Source of the DNA: a virus
Taxonomy: Duplodnaviria > Caudoviricetes
Strand: one strand, 5' to 3'
Virus record (IMG/VR): IMGVR_UViG_3300021399_000103
Coordinates: 32,001-96,000 of that record
Length of the DNA: 64,000 bases
The notes under the pieces are model-generated. The model was not told the origin of the DNA, made no database searches, and worked only from the letters and a program-made list of their open reading frames with translations. Both the position numbers and the translations under genes were made by a program. Shown here one piece after another: positions 62,191 through 64,000 of this stretch. The first letter of the stretch is position 1, and the number at the start of each line of letters is the position of its first letter.

Positions 62191-63777
62191 ATGAGCTTAA
62201 AAGGGATCGATATTAGTAATTGGCAAAAAAATATCAATTTATCTGCTATTAATGCCGATTTCATTATCGTAAAATCTTCAGAAGGGATTGGTTGAACTGA
62301 TCCAAGTTTTTCAAAATTATATAATGCGGCTAAAAATACAGGGAAAAAATTAGGGGTATATCATTTTGCTAGACCAACAGCTAATAATGATCCCGTTAAA
62401 GAAGCCGATAGCTTTCTTTCTGTTATTAGAAAAGAAGATGTTATCGGCAAAGCAATTTTGGTTTTAGACTGAGAAGCTGAAAATAAACAAAATACTGTTT
62501 GAGCTAAAAAATGGCTTGATCGTGTTTATGCGCAAACTGGTGTAAAACCTATGATTTATATGAGCGAAAGCGTTGTTAATGCTTACAATTGAAGTGCTGT
62601 CGCTAATGCGGGATATGCGCTTTGAGTTGCTAAATATAGAGATAATGCTGTTGATTATAATTATAATATGTCTAATGCTGGAACTGCTCCAAAAGTCAAA
62701 CATTGAAAAGAATATAAAATGTGACAATGAACTTCAGCTGGTATTTTAAATGGATATAGCGGAAGATTAGATTGTAATGAGTTTTATGGAACGGCTGCGG
62801 ATTGAGATGTGCTGGCCGGTAAAACGGTCGCACCAGCCCCGGTTAAGAGTTCCTACACAGCGCCGGGCGCATACCTAACTCCGCAAGCATGATACAATAT
62901 GACTATTGGGAAGGGGTATAATGTTGATGGCGCATATGGCAACCAATGTTGGGATTATTTTGCTTATTTTATTAAGTATTTTGGTCTTGGATTAAGTACT
63001 TATTGTGCTACTACTGGATATGTAATTGATTTATGGAATCTAAGAGATAGATACAATTATTCAAAACATTTTACATATATTACAGATCCAAAAAAACTTC
63101 AAAATGGAGACTGGTTAATTTGATCTAAAGGTTCATCTTGCCCATTATCACATGTTGGTATGTATTGGAACGGTCAAGTTGTAGGACAAAACCAGGGTGG
63201 TTTAAGATATGTCAATGCGCGCACCTTAAAATTAGATATAGCCGGCGCATTTAGATGGAAAGCTTGGGAAACAGAAACTCAAAAAGAAACAACTGATTTA
63301 TCCAAGTATACAGATCAGCAATTAGCTGAAATGGTATTACAAGGCACTTTTGGAAATGGAGATATTCGTAAAGCATTACTTGGTTCAAGATACAGTGCAG
63401 TCCAAAAGATTGTAAATAATCTTGTTTCTAATAAAAAATCAAATGAAGAAATTGCTAATGAAGTACTTCAAGGCAAGTGGGGCAATGGAGATGAGCGTAA
63501 AAAGAAGCTCACCGCTGCTGGATATAATTACTCTACTATTCAGTCATTAGTTAATAATTTAGTAAAAAATCAGACTAAAGTTAATAAAACATTAAAGGTT
63601 GGCGCAAAAGTTAGAATTAAACAAGGCGCTCTTGATTTAAATACTAAGAGAAAATATGCTTCATTTGTTTATAGCACAAATTATATTGTAAAATCTATGA
63701 GTAATAATAGAATCGTATTTGGAACACCTTCTGTCGTTATTGGCGCAACCGATAAGAGTAATATTATTTTAATATAG
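62191..63777 (+). CDS. Endolysin 2, 528 aa (TGA=Trp): GH25 muramidase, CHAP domain, two Cpl-7 repeats, C-terminal SH3-like region
   Basis: GH25: KGIDISNWQ, KLGVYHFA, LVLD[W]E, KPMIY, Q[W]TSAG, LDCN. CHAP: VDGAYGNQCWD..GDWLI..SHVG..GQNQ. Cpl-7: GKWGNGDERKKKLTAAGYNY..IQ. Confidence 0.9.
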
Positions 63778-63787
63778 GAGGAGCGAT

Positions 63788-64000
63788 ATGGAGATTTATA
63801 GCTTATTAGCAATATCTTTGTTAATCGAAGGATTGATTACTTATGGACAAACAATAATTAAACAAAAAAAGATTCAATGACAAATTGTAGTGGCAATTTG
63901 TGTGGCTTTCATTTTTTGTTATAATTCAAACATTAATTTATTTCCAATGTTAGGATTTACTGAAAAGTATCCAATTATTGGCACTATTGCAACAGCGATT
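63788..64000 (+). CDS. Putative holin, 3'-truncated (TGA=Trp)
   Basis: RBS aggagga. Small hydrophobic protein (LLAISLLIEGLITY..Q[W]QIVVAICVAFIF..IIGTIATAI) directly after the endolysin. Confidence 0.7.

Noticed and set aside
2970-62727. Minus-strand and alternative-frame ORFs in the track (e.g. 6283..6603, 6392..6607, 29875..30165, 38576..38965, 50401..50778)
   Set aside because: They are shadows of long + strand genes, with no recognisable motifs.
454-63777. Many short ORFs interpreted as pseudogenes or a decayed prophage
   Set aside because: The breaks examined are all in-frame TGA at Trp positions, with no frameshifts between fragments. The genes are intact under table 4.
478-63777. TGA read as Gly (table 25) or selenocysteine
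   Set aside because: The motif contexts (D[W]E, [W]YHV, GG[W], [W]IEAADL, tandem TGA-TGA) call for Trp.
1-64000. tRNA (including a UCA suppressor), rRNA or CRISPR array
   Set aside because: Intergenic gaps are short and accounted for. No cloverleaf or repeat-spacer pattern was seen by eye; tRNAscan-SE would be the decisive test.

Overview
AT-rich segment of a large tailed-phage genome covering the late tail and lysis region. The host is probably a walled Firmicutes (Bacillota) bacterium, judged from the GH25, CHAP, Cpl-7 and choline-binding lysin domains and the strong AGGAGG ribosome-binding sites. All credible genes are on the + strand. The supplied ORF track is fragmented because this genome reads TGA as Trp (translation table 4). 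Consecutive fragments lie in one frame, break at TGA, and the TGAs fall at conserved Trp positions. Re-read this way, the window holds 29 tightly packed genes, all ending in TAA or TAG. In order they are: a 2885-aa tape measure protein with an embedded HINT domain (+1 residue Lys, so probably cleaving rather than splicing); giant tail-tip/baseplate proteins; a 2600-aa LamG/CotH-kinase-like/LRR protein; three tail fibres interleaved with two paralogous LamG proteins, each LamG gene behind a duplicated terminator/sigmaA-promoter element; two multi-catalytic endolysins flanking a fibre/lectin pair and a five-gene cassette of unknown function; and a holin. A fixed-spacing tripartite motif (GGNCRR-N6-WWAA-N16-WTKAW-N9) occurs seven times at gene-block boundaries and is a candidate phage-specific late promoter. 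Gene models were stitched by hand, with frames checked arithmetically and many but not all gaps read codon by codon. Domain calls come from motif recognition, not database searches.
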